From NCBI GenBank assembly GCA_036172245.1, contig JAYWIR010000002.1:4092001-4156000 (forward strand): DNA of 64,000 nucleotides. The letters are read 5' to 3'. A program made the translations under genes and the position numbers. Below the pieces are notes generated by a model. That model worked only from the letters and a program-made list of their open reading frames with translations, searched no databases and was not told the DNA's origin. Of the stretch, positions 62,390 to 64,000 are shown piece by piece (the stretch's first letter is position 1; each line of letters starts with the position of its first letter). This stretch comes from Raillietiella orientalis (lineage: Eukaryota).

Positions 62390-64000
62390 GACCACCGAAA
62401 AGTCAACCACTCTCTGGAAGTTGACTCTTCCGGGTCGCTTCCGACTGCGAAATTTCTCTATGGATGAGATGAACACACGTGTCTGTTTTCGAGAAGAAAG
62501 AGGGCGAGCCCAAAGAGGTCTGAGTCGTTGGAAAGGAAGAGGGTTCTCCGGAAAAGCATTACTGCGCGCACGCATCACATGAGGAATCGCGGCAGCACCT
62601 TCTTATTGGCACAGACTTTGCTCGATTGCGGCCATGCCGTTACCCTCTTTAGACATCAGTCCTCTCGGTCCTGAACACCTTTTACAGGTGAGCCCCGCTC
62701 ATCTTGAGCGCGAGGTCCATCTCGAGAGACAAATCCAACCGGATTCTCTCTCTCCGAGTAGTCCGGACGAAAACACTAACCCGAATCGGCTTTTATTGTT
62801 TTCCCAGAGGAAAGGATGGAAAGTCTCTTGATATTTTTGGCAACGGGAATCTCATTGATGCGAGCCGCTGTGATCAAACACGCAGTAAAGAATAACTGCA
62901 AGGCATCAGCAAAAGAAACGCAGGGAAGCTGTAATTGTCCCTTAAAGTGAGGAAAAAATTGCCGGGGACATAAAAAGAAAGGGAAGGAGCAGATAGGCAG
63001 CCCATGTCGGGTCGTGCAAACTAATCGTGAATCCTCGTCGACCACAATGAGATCTGAGAGTCGGCTGTGTAGAGACGACCATGCAATGCTAACGCTTTCG
63101 ATCGTTCCAGTCTCAGGATATTTCCAAAAACCTGCCGATGGATTTCCATCAAAGTGGAACGCAGATGCGCTCGCGGCACGGGAGGAGCTCCTCTACCCCC
63201 CATCCCCTTAAGAAGATGTTGGTTCAGCAAAAGCATAGTTCATTGTAGAAGCCCTTACCGTCTCGATGAGCTCGGGTGGCTGCGGAGGAAACATCCATTG
63301 TCCCGAACCGCAGCAGCAGGAACGTTTGTTCTAATGGCTTGTTTAAGTAGGGCTGAGAGCTGCATGGTTTGCTTTCCAGGGAGAAGTGTAGCTTCTCCAT
63401 TTCCCCTCAGCAAGTTTGCAGAAAACCGAGAACCACGGGCTGGAGGGGACGACGGTGAGTGGCGACAAATCCCGAGATCACAGAAACGCGAGCGGCGTCG
63501 AAATTTACCAGGATCGCGTCGGTTAATAAATCTTCACAAGATGGAAAACATGAGCCACTGTTCACAAACTCTCAGCACCAAGCACAGAAGCCAAGATACT
63601 CCATGCATGAGGTTTGGGAATAACGGAAAAATAGAAAGGAGTTAGGAAACAAACACTAGCATCAGCCTACGCAGAGCTGCCCGCCTTGGTTTCCTTGGTT
63701 ACCAACAATGTGCAACCGATCCGGAGCAGTCCACTATTGCGCGAAAAAGAGAAGGAATGTAAGGCGCCCTTCTATGGGCACAGCATCGATGCTTTCGATG
63801 AGTGGTCGACGCGCTCGGCATATGACCGAATGCACGCGCATGGCTTTGGCAAGTTCGCCGGGAGCCACGCACTCTTTAAGCCGGACTTCGAGCCAGCTCA
63901 TTTTGAAGAGGGCGTTAAGCGGGTCGGGCCGGCGGGCACTCTGGCCAGCCTCCTGGTTTCCGCCCGGAGTAGCTATCGGGCTGTACGGAGCGCTTCCTTG
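62390..64000 (-). mobile_element. Decayed DIRS-like MT/tyrosine recombinase region, truncated by the window end
   Basis: IATPGGNQEAGQSAR (cf. HIPGxxNxxADxLSR), ESIDAVP (MT-like), LFFTACLITAARINEI (YR catalytic Arg box) and EISQSEATRKSQ. Confidence 0.55.

Noticed and set aside
1..64000. CRISPR array, prokaryotic operon or defence system
   Set aside because: No regularly spaced direct repeats and no dense gene packing; spliceosomal introns and retroelement fossils show that the sequence is eukaryotic.

Overview
Eukaryotic, animal and probably arthropod, genomic DNA; there are no operons, CRISPR arrays or rRNA. The only well-supported protein-coding gene is a 4-exon two-pore-domain (K2P/TWiK-family) potassium channel on the + strand. 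Its coding exons are 13763-13930, 29084-29363, 37872-38590 and 39225-39311, giving 417 aa with pore loops TTIGYGN and TTIGFGD. Most of the rest is decayed retroelement sequence recognisable only by remote motifs read by eye: about five DIRS-like tyrosine-recombinase remnants, several L1/Tx1-like LINEs, many RTE-like pieces, CR1/L2-like pieces, a probable Gypsy integrase fragment and two inverted copies of a tRNA-headed SINE-like element. Almost all ORFs in the track are GC-content artefacts. I found no convincing new multi-gene system. The best leads are (i) a 260-codon in-frame extension upstream of the channel start, broken by a single leaky-context TGA-C, and (ii) islands of perfect or near-perfect inverted identity (64 bp and ~121 bp) inside otherwise heavily decayed transposon remnants, which suggest local gene conversion, template switching or hairpin-RNA loci. 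TE family calls and boundaries are approximate and were made without database searches.
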